Origin: a virus
Lineage: Duplodnaviria > Caudoviricetes
Virus record (IMG/VR): IMGVR_UViG_3300025101_000033
Location: 1 to 53,020 of that record
DNA: 53,020 nt
Reading direction: 5' to 3' (one strand)
The notes beneath the pieces are model-generated. The model was not told the origin of the DNA and ran no database searches. It worked only from the letters and a program-made list of their open reading frames with translations. Positions 34,308-44,688 of this stretch are shown here, one piece after another. Position 1 is the first letter of the stretch; each line of letters starts with the position of its first letter. Made by a program: the position numbers and the translations under genes.

Positions 34308-35488
34308 TTAAATTCCCTCATAGTCCCTAGGGTTTTTCCTATTGAACAATTGACCTTAAATTGACCAAGTTTTGTATCGCCAAACATCTTGACTAACTCT
34401 GGTATTATTCGTCTGTCATCTTTGTGTAAGTCGATGACAACGCTATCATGAACAACGAAAGCAACATGGGATCTCGTCGCCCTAAGAAAGTTAGAAATCT
34501 TGCAAAAGCGGTCAAGGGTGTTGTCCGAGGAAGATGATTGGAGTAGATAGTTGAGGGCCTTGCGAACGGGAGCCTCAATTGTTCTCCCGAATGGGGTTTG
34601 AACCTTCTCTCCGTCATAATATCTTTCTCTAAGGCTTTTCCTATCGTAGAAATCCGATTGGATTGCGTTTGACTCTTCGTTATAGAGCCAAGCAAATAAT
34701 TTTGTTTTAGCTTTTTCTCGGCTAAGATCTTTCTTAAAAATGTTTTTGATGTTCCACTCATGGATGTCCTCCTCAGGTTGTTTGTGGCCTTGCAGTGCAA
34801 GCATTGTTCGAACCTCAGCAGCATTGAAGTCAAGTTCTATAAACACATCGTTGTTTGGTCTTACGAAGTTCTTCAATTCACTCTTGAGATTCAAAATGGG
34901 AAACGAATTTTTTTTAGTCGTCATCCGACCCGTGATTGTACCGAAAATATTATAGTCAACATACGGGGTGGATTCGCCAAATTGTTCATAAAGATGCTTT
35001 GCTTTCATACAATCAGCGCTGCTTACATAGACACCGAAAGAATTTAAGTTCACAGGATGAGTTTTCAATTCTTTTACTGCCATTTGAACTCTCTTTAGAA
35101 AATTGTAATTTACTGGTTTTTCGATGTTATCAAATACCCACTGGGTTATTTCGTTTTTAACTTCGAAATAATGTTGTAAATGTTTTTTTGGAACAACATC
35201 GTAAAAACATACATCTTCCAGATTAATTTTTGAAGCAAACAAAGCTTTAAAGTGAGATTTAAACAATCTATTTGCTATTGTCCAACGATCCAACAAATGC
35301 TCAGGACATACATCGTTTATCGATTTTCCCCCAATGAGTAGATTGGCGTAATCAACATCCATCCCAAATAAATGATCCGAATAAGCCCATGTTTTTGATA
35401 ATCCTTGTGGGATTTTGTCCCAAACAAACTGTCCACTGACATAGGTACCAGCACAATCTGTTTTATTGTCTAATAGTTGAAATAGCAT
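34301..35488 (-). CDS. Short family A DNA polymerase (polymerase core only)
   Basis: TITGRM, ELDFNAAEVR (motif A), REKAKTKLFAWLY (motif B), TPFGR, ALNYLLQS, VVHDS (motif C); start MLFQLL at 35488 after GGAGGA. Confidence 0.85.
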   Translation of the reverse strand: MLFQLLDNKTDCAGTYVSGQFVWDKIPQGLSKTWAYSDHLFGMDVDYANLLIGGKSINDVCPEHLLDRWTIANRLFKSHFKALFASKINLEDVCFYDVVPKKHLQHYFEVKNEITQWVFDNIEKPVNYNFLKRVQMAVKELKTHPVNLNSFGVYVSSADCMKAKHLYEQFGESTPYVDYNIFGTITGRMTTKKNSFPILNLKSELKNFVRPNNDVFIELDFNAAEVRTMLALQGHKQPEEDIHEWNIKNIFKKDLSREKAKTKLFAWLYNEESNAIQSDFYDRKSLRERYYDGEKVQTPFGRTIEAPVRKALNYLLQSSSSDNTLDRFCKISNFLRATRSHVAFVVHDSVVIDLHKDDRRIIPELVKMFGDTKLGQFKVNCSIGKTLGTMREFKW

Positions 35489-35498
35489 TTGTCCTCCA

Positions 35499-36785
35499 TT
35501 AATAAGACGAAGAGCCTCCACCCGATACTGAACTTCCGCCACTTGTGCCGGAAGAAGAATCGGCTCCACTACGAGATGCCCCAACATCTCGTCTTGCAGT
35601 TTCAGTTTTCGTCTGTCCTTGTAGCTTTTTGACGCCGTCATCAAAGCCATGGTCCTTGTTCCATACTTGGTCTCGGAACGTATCATTAATATAACTCATT
35701 GCAGAGGGTTTGTCAACTTTTTTAAGGAAATAATTTGCTTTTTTTTCAATTTTCCTCATTTTTGCTGGTCCAAACGGCTTTCCTTCTTCGTGATTTCTAA
35801 TTCTAGCATAATTGATCACCTCCTGCAGGTCATCAAAAGGTCTTTTGTTCAATGGTACGGTTTCTAAAGTTTTAAATTGCGTCACAGGTTTGCCACAATG
35901 AATTTTTGTGATACGCAAAAGTGAGTTTTTGCCAACATATTTATTATAATATAAATTAATAGTATTATATAATAATTCATTATCTATAGTAAATGTTGTA
36001 ATAAAATAAAAATCAAAAAAATCATTTAAAGATAATATTCCTCTTTTTCGTCTTAATTTTTCATTTGCTGGAGATGTAAGGTCATAAATTATAATCTGTG
36101 GGTTATTTTTATCAATTGAAAATCCCATGTTTAAGCAAATGTTTTTGAAATAAGGAAAACAAGAGTTATCAACAATTTGATCAATCTTTGCTTGATCATC
36201 ATTATAGCCAATGTCTGCATATTTTACAGCCATTCCGGAATGTAGGATGTTTGATGAGAATGTTGTATTCCATCTAGACATGGTTATGGGAGATTCGTTT
36301 TTTATGTCAAAAATTAATTTAAAAAAATGCTTGACATAGTCATCATAAGATGCTATACTGGTAGTACCAACTATGTTTGGTATGTGTGTTTCGTTGTAAA
36401 ATGTGAGAATATTCCCCAAGTATTTTCTGTAACTTAACCTAGGATCTTCGTATGCTTCAATCGCAGTTATAGCGCCAAAAATAGCTCCTTCGCGAGGTAT
36501 GTGACCTCTCTGAACGGCATTTTGGAGGTTTGATTTCATTAGCACATAGGAATCGGCAACCAAATCAAAAACACGAACATCATCAATGTATGTGAGTTTG
36601 TCTGAATTCGGAATGATTGAATTATTTTTGTTATCAATCATTCCGTAGTGAGTTCTTTCATAAAAATGTACATTCTTGAGAACTAAGGGATCTGGGTCTT
36701 CAAAAGCTTGGGTGTTCCACTTTGCCCTATAGAACATTTTCGTAGCAATTTTTTGCCCTTCTGTAAATTTAAATTCTCGCGACAT
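35499..36785 (-). CDS. Hypothetical protein, last gene of the baseplate operon
   Basis: 428 aa, abutting the upstream structural gene; G/S-rich tail. Confidence 0.7.
   Translation of the reverse strand: MSREFKFTEGQKIATKMFYRAKWNTQAFEDPDPLVLKNVHFYERTHYGMIDNKNNSIIPNSDKLTYIDDVRVFDLVADSYVLMKSNLQNAVQRGHIPREGAIFGAITAIEAYEDPRLSYRKYLGNILTFYNETHIPNIVGTTSIASYDDYVKHFFKLIFDIKNESPITMSRWNTTFSSNILHSGMAVKYADIGYNDDQAKIDQIVDNSCFPYFKNICLNMGFSIDKNNPQIIIYDLTSPANEKLRRKRGILSLNDFFDFYFITTFTIDNELLYNTINLYYNKYVGKNSLLRITKIHCGKPVTQFKTLETVPLNKRPFDDLQEVINYARIRNHEEGKPFGPAKMRKIEKKANYFLKKVDKPSAMSYINDTFRDQVWNKDHGFDDGVKKLQGQTKTETARRDVGASRSGADSSSGTSGGSSVSGGGSSSY
35688..35716 (-). promoter_or_regulatory. Sigma70-type promoter embedded in a CDS, upstream of the PolA-like gene
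   Basis: TTGACA-17-TATATT about 200 bp before ATG 35488. Confidence 0.6.
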
Positions 36786-39700
36786 TTAATCATTCTCCGT
36801 TTTTTCTTTGATACCAGTAATGTTCCTTAGTTCAGCAAGACATTCTTGATCAGAAATTGATTTAGGTTTATCTTCTACGTTTTGTATTTCTTTACCGTTT
36901 CTCATTAAGACGCTTTCATTTGCGCCGATAAATTTTGAATTAATTGCAATTTCATAATCCTGATTTGTTTCACCTAATCTATAACTTACGCTTTTTACTA
37001 TAAAGTATCCTCCAAAACCAGTGATGTTGGAAATAGTACGTAGTTTGTGAGGATTTGCTGGGCCAAAAACATCATAGCTTGCCGCGGTAAAAGAATTTGT
37101 TTCTTCGTTAAAGGTTAGCGGCACTGCTTTGATCGGAGGAGAGTCGCTCCATTCAGGCCCCCAATCTAAAAGTATAAATTCAAAAATAACACCGGGATAA
37201 AAAACCTTATTACCCATTCGTGAATTGAAAGAAAATGAAAGGTCATACACGTTTGATAATAGAGATAAGTCTCCAAAGTTGTTATTGAAGTATCTTGCCT
37301 CCCTCAGGAAAGGAGCATCGGTTTTTGCAAAAGTAACATTTGAGACAAAATTCCAGCGATTATTTTTCATACCGTAAAAAATTCTTGGAGTGTGTATTAA
37401 ATCATTGTATTTAGTTGTTTCAAATCTAGATTGTGATTGTTGATAAAAAACACAATAGTTTTTTGTATCCTTGATGGTGCTAATTGGCGCCCTTGTTAGG
37501 ATAGGTCGACTAGGATCATCAGTATTGTAATTTATAAAAGGTTGGTCTAGATCTAAATAACCATCTCTTACGTTGATCGGCTGTGTTTCGTCAGTTGTGA
37601 TAAAGGCCATCCTATACTGCGGTGGCTCAGTTTCATTATTTAGACAGAATTTCATTTTTATGTCGACCAACAGTTTTTGCATCATGTCTCTGAAAAAAGT
37701 AGTGACCGGATAAAAGGAAATCTTTTTTGCGACAACTCTTTCTTCAAACCACTTGAGGAATACTGCAACGTCGACAGCATAGTCTAGAGGATTTGACACT
37801 TCGTTCTCGAAGAAGGTGCCATCGCTGTCTTCAGCTATAGAACCAAAAATAAATTCAAGTTGCAACTTTTTCTTTGTTTCTTCATCGTCGTAAAGAACCT
37901 CCAATGCAACATTGAACAAGTCACCTAGAAAAAAACAACTACCAGGTAAGACTGAAGCACCAGACTCGACAGTGATAGTTGTGGCGCTATCGGCTCCAAC
38001 AAGTTCCGCCGCTGGAGCCCACCAAGTCCTCTCTTCCTCAAGATATTCGCCTCTACTCCTACCATAGTTTTCAACATAAAGCTTGTCGTTTATGTCAACG
38101 CTACCTGATGAGCCCACTACTGTTTGAAAATAAGGCGTCTCACCTGCATCTACTTTTAAAAATGATACCAGTGGTTCCTGCTCTGTTTCCACACCATTGA
38201 AGATTTTGCTAGCCGCGGCGGTATCTAGCTTGTAGTCATAAATCAAACCCTTCTCCCAAAGCTCGGTAATAAATCTTGTAGATTTGACTTTTGCAGTATT
38301 TTCTCTATACCATTGAGCTTCTATTTGTTTTGATTCGCGAATAGCCTCAACGCTACATTTCCCTGAATTTCTTATTTCATCTAGGGCGGAATCAATTTGT
38401 CTTCTTTTGTCTCTCTTGTTTTTATTTGCTAAAACATCAGTAAAAGGCATAGTTAAGACTTGCTCAAAATACCCTCTGTATGTTATTTTGAAAGTACAAT
38501 CGCCTGTATCGGAACTTCTATTGATTTCGTGATCGATTGTTGACAGATCAATGATCATAGCAGACCTATCTTCTCTGTCTTCATAGACGACAAGTCTAAC
38601 CCGAGAATAGTCAGGGTCATAACTTGAAATTCCCATTTTTCCTATGTTATCTGAATTAGAAATTTTATCTGTAACAGGCAAGGTAACTAAGTCATAAAGC
38701 TTTATGTGGTCGCCTATTTCTGCGATTTTATTTGAAATAGGCAGTTCTAATGATGCCAGAGAGCTTATGGAAAATTCCATTTCAACAACAACATCTTTTC
38801 TTGCTGTTGATGGATTTGTGCCATCATAATTAATGTTAATTGATTTTAAATAATAATATCCTTTGCGTATGTTTAGGTTTGCAGAGGTCAAACCATGGTT
38901 CTCTTGGAAAACATCATAATCTTCATCTTCTTCAAGATCTGCTTTCCAATAATGTTCAGCCATTTTGTCTTTTGTTAAGAAAAGCTCAGTTTGTTTTAAG
39001 TCTCCGTTCGCATCAGTGTAAATCCAGAACAATTTTTTATTCATAACTTTTCTTTTTTCTTTGAAATCTGCGAACCATTGTCCTTGTTTTGGTGGATTGG
39101 CTAGAAGTTTATTGAACAAGAATCTAGATTCTCTCGCTCTATAGATTCTATTTTTAAACCAGGTGTTAACAAAAGGAACCGTACCTTTTGATTCATCCAA
39201 ACTGGTACTCGTTTGAGAGTTTATCCATTCCGGAGCAAATCCACCACCATCAATTGCAAATTTGTTATTTTTCAACAAGAAGCATTGTCTAATATTTAAA
39301 ATGTCGTTTTCATCTTTTATGCCTGGAACAGTGTCGATGCCATCGATTGATTTTGTTAGTTTTTCTAGGTTTTCAAACAATTGCTTGTTTTCTTCTGACC
39401 TCTCTTGGATTAAAGCCTCAGCCAAAGCATCAGTTGTTCGGTTTGTATCGTAGTCGAAAAATCTCCCAGTAAGAGCATCTCCAGCAAAATCTGCGTCTGC
39501 CAGTTTTTGCGCAAATCCAAAAGCCTCGGTTGGAGTCTGCTGGAAAGTGTACCCGCCACCTGCATTTCCGACGTTACCAAGAGTATCATCAGTACCACTT
39601 ACTAAGTCTCGAAATAAATTGTTTGGATAAATGCTCAGTCCAGCATGTCCATCAAAGATCCAATTAGTAAAAAATTCATTACCAGTAAGAAATCTTTTAG

Positions 39701-40307
39701 CTGTACCAGCCCTAATTGGGTATTTTTCAATCCCGAATTCGTCAATGAGAGTTTTGCATGCCTGATGTATTTCTTTAGTTGAAGCCTCAGATCTGAGCCA
39801 TGCCCCAACATACTCTTGTACTCTTTTTCGCGATTCGGGATCTCCAGACTTTGCAGCTGTGTGGTTTCGATCACCGTATTTGTCGTTCCAAGATATAAGT
39901 TTGGGTTTAAGAAAATTATCTATCAAGTCAGTATAAGAACGCTCATCGGTTTCTTGTGAAATCATGATGACAAGATCCAACGCCTCTCTCTTTCTAGATA
40001 GGGGCTTTTTGTGCTCGTCAGATCTCGTTAATTTGGGCTGATTTACATCTGTATTGTAATAAGGAGTGCCATCTGGTGAAATTCCTTCGTCAAACTTGAA
40101 CCCGAACCTTCTTCTAACTAATCCCCTAATGTATCCATTGTTTTCTGGTGGCGATGTAACTTCCCCAGTGTCCGCATCTGCACCTGTATGATGTCTGTAA
40201 TGGTTTTTCCATTCATTTTCGTTCGTGCCATTTCCGGCAAATGCAGTTTGGAAGAATATTTTGACCTCATTATCTTGGTATGAATAAAACTCTCTTGGTG
40301 TAGTCAT
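36786..40307 (-). CDS. Large baseplate hub-like structural protein
   Basis: Follows the LysM-like gene; C-terminal G...FYPG...GFGGYFIVKSVSY is typical of hub beta-barrels. Confidence 0.55.
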   Translation of the reverse strand: MTTPREFYSYQDNEVKIFFQTAFAGNGTNENEWKNHYRHHTGADADTGEVTSPPENNGYIRGLVRRRFGFKFDEGISPDGTPYYNTDVNQPKLTRSDEHKKPLSRKREALDLVIMISQETDERSYTDLIDNFLKPKLISWNDKYGDRNHTAAKSGDPESRKRVQEYVGAWLRSEASTKEIHQACKTLIDEFGIEKYPIRAGTAKRFLTGNEFFTNWIFDGHAGLSIYPNNLFRDLVSGTDDTLGNVGNAGGGYTFQQTPTEAFGFAQKLADADFAGDALTGRFFDYDTNRTTDALAEALIQERSEENKQLFENLEKLTKSIDGIDTVPGIKDENDILNIRQCFLLKNNKFAIDGGGFAPEWINSQTSTSLDESKGTVPFVNTWFKNRIYRARESRFLFNKLLANPPKQGQWFADFKEKRKVMNKKLFWIYTDANGDLKQTELFLTKDKMAEHYWKADLEEDEDYDVFQENHGLTSANLNIRKGYYYLKSININYDGTNPSTARKDVVVEMEFSISSLASLELPISNKIAEIGDHIKLYDLVTLPVTDKISNSDNIGKMGISSYDPDYSRVRLVVYEDREDRSAMIIDLSTIDHEINRSSDTGDCTFKITYRGYFEQVLTMPFTDVLANKNKRDKRRQIDSALDEIRNSGKCSVEAIRESKQIEAQWYRENTAKVKSTRFITELWEKGLIYDYKLDTAAASKIFNGVETEQEPLVSFLKVDAGETPYFQTVVGSSGSVDINDKLYVENYGRSRGEYLEEERTWWAPAAELVGADSATTITVESGASVLPGSCFFLGDLFNVALEVLYDDEETKKKLQLEFIFGSIAEDSDGTFFENEVSNPLDYAVDVAVFLKWFEERVVAKKISFYPVTTFFRDMMQKLLVDIKMKFCLNNETEPPQYRMAFITTDETQPINVRDGYLDLDQPFINYNTDDPSRPILTRAPISTIKDTKNYCVFYQQSQSRFETTKYNDLIHTPRIFYGMKNNRWNFVSNVTFAKTDAPFLREARYFNNNFGDLSLLSNVYDLSFSFNSRMGNKVFYPGVIFEFILLDWGPEWSDSPPIKAVPLTFNEETNSFTAASYDVFGPANPHKLRTISNITGFGGYFIVKSVSYRLGETNQDYEIAINSKFIGANESVLMRNGKEIQNVEDKPKSISDQECLAELRNITGIKEKTEND

Positions 40308-40633
40308 TATCTCATCGCCTCCACAACCTTATAGATGTCTTTTGGAATAAAGATAACGTCACCGATGGAACAATGATTGTCCGTAGGTTTTTTGTTAACA
40401 ATAGCGAGTGCCCACCAAAGCTTTGGATCGTTGTAAAATCTCTGAGCTAGTTTCCAAAAAGAGTCTCCTTGAGACCAATGGTGCTCTTTTTTAATTTTGA
40501 GCTCAAGTCCGCTTAAAGGATAAAAATCTTTTGATCGAATGATTTTGAGAAACTTAACACCTCTCTTTTCAAACATTTCAAAATACAAATCATCGTTAAG
40601 AATTGCCATCAGGTCATTGTGATATTTTGCCAT
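40307..40633 (-). CDS. LysM-like baseplate wedge protein (gp53/tail X-like)
   Basis: HHWSQGDSFWKLAQRFYNDPKLWWALAIVN...GDVIFIP. Confidence 0.85.
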   Translation of the reverse strand: MAKYHNDLMAILNDDLYFEMFEKRGVKFLKIIRSKDFYPLSGLELKIKKEHHWSQGDSFWKLAQRFYNDPKLWWALAIVNKKPTDNHCSIGDVIFIPKDIYKVVEAMR

Positions 40634-40634
40634 G

Positions 40635-42206
40635 TTATTCTCCTATTTTAAATGTTTTTCTGTTGAATGGAAAAAGTTCACTTTCGTGTGACGCTGACCT
40701 ATCGACTTCAACTTTAAAAGGTTTTATTGAAGATTCGTACTTGTGAGAATAATCTGAAACCAGACCGATAGTGACTTTAAAAGCTTTTGGGAATAAGTAT
40801 CCATCAGTCGAATCATCAAAAAAACCCATGTCATGCATCATCTCGATACCTAAATCTTCCATAAATAGATAAATACCTGGAGGCTCGTGTTTGACAGCGG
40901 CGACATCCCTATCATCCTCAACGATTAGAGCAGGAGGTCCCCCTTCTTCTTCATCACCGCCTGCCAGAGCCTCTTCGATTGTGTTAAAACCAGTCAACCT
41001 GAGCGTTTCCTCTACTGACATGGTCGTTTCTGGTGGTGCAGTATTAAGAGCCCCTGGTGCTAAAATGTCTGAAAAAGACTGAGAATCATTAGGACCTTCA
41101 ATGAATCCAGGAATGTAAACTTTAAAGGGATCTCGAGAAATAGCCTCATCGGTTTCTTGAGGTCGATAAAACATACGCATCAACTTAGCAACCTCACTGC
41201 AAAAAATCTTTGATTGCTCAATGTTGGCACATGGAACAGAAAAAACGACTTTGTAAGAAAGTTTTTGAGGCGTACTAAACTTTCCGGTATCAATACCTTT
41301 GCCAATGTATTTTGACTTTGACTCGACAACATTGTTTTCAACTTCAAAGTCGCGAGAAAAATCTTCTATAAATGCAGGAAACAATGCCGTTACATTGTCA
41401 CGAAACAGATATATGTAATAATTTCTTGAGTTATAGTTAATTTCTGATTTTATGGCATTTGCCACATCAGAATACCTGTAGTTCGTGATAACATCAAATG
41501 GAAAATTTCCAAAATCTCCAGCTTGAAGGTCGCCACCTCTTGTAAATCCTTTTAGTGGCAAAGCATCTTCGCTTCTGTTGTTGTTTTCAAATGAAAGTGT
41601 AAGTGTTAAATCCAGTAGTTTTGGATACAAATATTGCTTATCAGGTGAGTCGAATTCAAAAAATCCCATTTTTACATCTGGTTTATAGGAAATTGATTTT
41701 ATCGTGCATGGAAAGCCATGAAAAAAGAGTTCATCGGCCAACTGATCTATCGCTAAGTCGGAACCAATCGGTCCCTGTCCAAAGATTAAATTAACGAAGG
41801 AAACAAAAAATAAGGGCCCAACATGATGTTCTTCGTTGTTATTAATAAATTCACCAATTGCCGAATAGGGTTCTAGCAACATTTTTTGCAGATGTTCAAT
41901 TTTTCCAACATTGTTTCTCGCTTCTTTCGGAGAAGATGCGGGAAGCTTTAAATCAAGGTCAATTGTAAAATCTCCTGTATACTCTTTTATAACTTTTTCC
42001 CACTTGTCTTTATCTGACATGTACTCAAGTTCTTTTGTAAGATTGTACTTTATGTTTTCGACAAAAGGCTTTAAGGCGATTACATGGCTAGTGTTTTCAA
42101 GGCCAATGTAGATAGTGTTTCTTGTTTTTTCTGACCCGTCTAAGCCTGACACGTCAGAACTATTGATCGAACTAAGATCAAACGGGCTTAATTTTGGAAT
42201 TGTCAT
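40635..42206 (-). CDS. Tail tube initiator-like baseplate protein with internal duplication
   Basis: Lies between the tape measure and LysM genes; two repeats ending MGFF...YL(Y/F)PK...FPF. Confidence 0.55.
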   Translation of the reverse strand: MTIPKLSPFDLSSINSSDVSGLDGSEKTRNTIYIGLENTSHVIALKPFVENIKYNLTKELEYMSDKDKWEKVIKEYTGDFTIDLDLKLPASSPKEARNNVGKIEHLQKMLLEPYSAIGEFINNNEEHHVGPLFFVSFVNLIFGQGPIGSDLAIDQLADELFFHGFPCTIKSISYKPDVKMGFFEFDSPDKQYLYPKLLDLTLTLSFENNNRSEDALPLKGFTRGGDLQAGDFGNFPFDVITNYRYSDVANAIKSEINYNSRNYYIYLFRDNVTALFPAFIEDFSRDFEVENNVVESKSKYIGKGIDTGKFSTPQKLSYKVVFSVPCANIEQSKIFCSEVAKLMRMFYRPQETDEAISRDPFKVYIPGFIEGPNDSQSFSDILAPGALNTAPPETTMSVEETLRLTGFNTIEEALAGGDEEEGGPPALIVEDDRDVAAVKHEPPGIYLFMEDLGIEMMHDMGFFDDSTDGYLFPKAFKVTIGLVSDYSHKYESSIKPFKVEVDRSASHESELFPFNRKTFKIGE

Positions 42207-44629
42207 CCTGAAGCTCCAACAATCTTATAGGTTGAATCTATTTTTGAACCATCTACAAAAACATTAACATTAACGTTCGGAGCTTGGATCTGAGGGATCT
42301 TAACATCGACCGCGACTGTGCCTGCTAGTATGCCTGCAAGACCGTCTCCATTGGCAATTACGGCGCTCCTAGCGCCACCCACTTCTGTGACTGCGATGAA
42401 AGAGTTCGTCACAATACCATCAAGATCTGCTAGCAGAGATCTCACACCAGATAGGTTCTCGAACATGCTAGCAAATCCATCTCCCATCTTTTGTGCGCCC
42501 ATTCCAGCGAGTGCCATTGAGCCTGCTAGACCTAACATGAATAATGTAAAAATAGCCATCCCTGCCTGAATTACAGGATTTGAAAACAATGCACCAATAA
42601 CAGCCAAAGATACACCTAAGGCTATAAATCCGAGACTAAGAGATAGCAAGCTTTCACCAGCTCCCGACATTGAGTCAAAGAAGTATGCAAATGCGCCAAA
42701 CATTAACCCAAGAACAACGGCCGCTATCATAGCTTTTGTTGAAACAAATTGAAATGCTAGTCCAAGAGCCAAAACACCAATTGCCATGAATGCAAAGGCG
42801 TTTATGAACAGAGGATTGATTTTTGTTGCAAACAGTCCAACAATCAAACTACCTACGGTCCACCAGAAGTGTGCTTTTTTGCCTAATGCTGCGAAAGCAA
42901 CTGCAGCCGCACCCACAGCCAATGCTAAAACTTTAAAGCCGCCGTGAAGATCTTCATCTAACATAATTAAAGCAACCAAGCCGGCGACAAGAGCCATTTG
43001 GCCCATTGAAGCATTTAAGAACTGAAATTCAATCGAAAGAAGTGCCACGGCACCTTTTAGTAATTGAAACGCTGCGACCATTTGTTTTATGACAATAAAA
43101 CCAGAAAGCAATAACAAGGTAAAAGCTAGAGTTGGCAGTAGTTTGTTATCAAAGTGTTCATCAACTGCAAAAATTGCATCAAAGAAGTCCATAAAGGCAC
43201 TTACAACGGGTGAAAGCATCAAGGCTGCTTTCTTCATTGAAAGCTGGAATCTTTCCATAACCGGTATCAAGTCTTGTGTGATCTCGGCAATTTGCTCTTG
43301 AGTTTTTGCTGAAGCTTCTGCTCTAGCTCTGAACTCGTCTTGTTCTGCGGCTGACATGTTTATAAATCTTGCTGCTTCTCCAACATCTTTAAAGCCCATT
43401 GCACTAGAAATGAATTGTTGAGTATACATGTCAAGGCTATTGAAATCACCAACGGTCATTTGTATTTGATCTCGAAGATAATCGATTCTTTCGTCTTGTT
43501 TCATTCCCATTATGTCAATTGTGGACATTTGAGTTCCAAGAACGGCATTTAATTTTGCGACGTTGCCGGCGGCATCCTCAAAAGTGTTGAACCTTTGAGC
43601 CATTTCAACCAAAGCAGAAACAGACATCCCAGTGGCTTTTGCTTGAGCAGCAATGTTTTTAAATGTTTGCACCATTTTTGGTCCTTGCATTGCAAGTGTA
43701 CCAGAGACAGATTCGAAGTCCGACATCATTTTTTGACTTGTGACTCCCATTCCATCCGCGAATGTTGCGAGTTCCATGGTCATTCCTGCTGCGGCGGTTC
43801 GAGACATTGACATTGATCTTTCAAAGAAGTCAACAGATTGAGCAGCCGTATCTGCGTTTACGCCAAGTTTTGACAACAATGCAATTTGAGTAGCCATTGT
43901 TTCATTTGATTTTTTTGCAAGAGGATCAAAAGATGACATTTGTTGAGCCATAGCTGAAAATCCAGCACTGACTTCTTGCATTCCCACTCCGGAATCGATT
44001 GTCGCCTTTTGCACTTCCAACATTGAGTCACGAAAATCATTTGAGAATCCGGTTGAGGATTGAAACTTTTTGCCTGTTGTATCAATTTCAAGAGCAAGTT
44101 CTTTAAAAATGCCGGCATTTACACCAAGCGCCTTTCCAATTCTTTCGTGAGTTTTGGCAATGTATTCGGACAATTCTTGGAAGCGCTTCATGCCCTCTTC
44201 TTGATCTTCCATGATTTGAAGCAATTCATTCATTGCTTTTTTTCGATCTTTATCACTTTGAGCCTGATCAGCAGCATCTGCTGCTAGCCTTTGCATCTGC
44301 TCTATTCTTTCGTCATTTGTGTGTTTTACGCGCTTTAGTTTTTCCAAATAGGTATTTATTTCTTCTATACCTTTCTCGCTAAGACCACCTTCTCTTTCGC
44401 GTTGCTGGAGCAATTTTTTTCTAGCATCAGCGATTTCATCGATTATGTCTCTTTGACCTTGTAGGAGTTCGAGTTGTCTTACCAGGGCTTTTTCTTCATT
44501 CTCTAGTCTCTTTTCCTTGTCGGCTGCAGATTCATCATCTGGGATTGTCGACAATTTAAATTTATCACCCTTTGTAATAGCTAGAGTTAGTTGCTTGATT
44601 GCTTTTAGTAATTCTTGATTTTCTGCCAT
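42203..44629 (-). CDS. Tape measure protein
   Basis: Long Ala-rich helical protein with a hydrophobic C-terminal half, downstream of the tail chaperones. Confidence 0.85.
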   Translation of the reverse strand: MAENQELLKAIKQLTLAITKGDKFKLSTIPDDESAADKEKRLENEEKALVRQLELLQGQRDIIDEIADARKKLLQQREREGGLSEKGIEEINTYLEKLKRVKHTNDERIEQMQRLAADAADQAQSDKDRKKAMNELLQIMEDQEEGMKRFQELSEYIAKTHERIGKALGVNAGIFKELALEIDTTGKKFQSSTGFSNDFRDSMLEVQKATIDSGVGMQEVSAGFSAMAQQMSSFDPLAKKSNETMATQIALLSKLGVNADTAAQSVDFFERSMSMSRTAAAGMTMELATFADGMGVTSQKMMSDFESVSGTLAMQGPKMVQTFKNIAAQAKATGMSVSALVEMAQRFNTFEDAAGNVAKLNAVLGTQMSTIDIMGMKQDERIDYLRDQIQMTVGDFNSLDMYTQQFISSAMGFKDVGEAARFINMSAAEQDEFRARAEASAKTQEQIAEITQDLIPVMERFQLSMKKAALMLSPVVSAFMDFFDAIFAVDEHFDNKLLPTLAFTLLLLSGFIVIKQMVAAFQLLKGAVALLSIEFQFLNASMGQMALVAGLVALIMLDEDLHGGFKVLALAVGAAAVAFAALGKKAHFWWTVGSLIVGLFATKINPLFINAFAFMAIGVLALGLAFQFVSTKAMIAAVVLGLMFGAFAYFFDSMSGAGESLLSLSLGFIALGVSLAVIGALFSNPVIQAGMAIFTLFMLGLAGSMALAGMGAQKMGDGFASMFENLSGVRSLLADLDGIVTNSFIAVTEVGGARSAVIANGDGLAGILAGTVAVDVKIPQIQAPNVNVNVFVDGSKIDSTYKIVGASG

Positions 44630-44647
44630 AGTTGATCCTCTTCCAAC

Positions 44648-44655
44648 TAAATAGT
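44648..44655 (-). promoter_or_regulatory. Late-promoter-like motif ACTATTTA
   Basis: Intergenic, between the terminator and the tape-measure RBS. Confidence 0.7.
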
Positions 44656-44660
44656 TGAAA

Positions 44661-44688
44661 AGAAAAAAGGTTGGGAGAACCCAACCTT
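44661..44688 (-). terminator. Intrinsic terminator
   Basis: AAGGTTGGG-TTCT-CCCAACCTT-TTTT. Confidence 0.88.

Noticed and set aside
35489-35686. N-terminal extension of the PolA-like ORF overlapping the upstream gene (461 aa in the track)
   Set aside because: A strong RBS supports ATG 35488. Similar over-extended starts were trimmed for the helicase, nrdJ, groES, dut and others.
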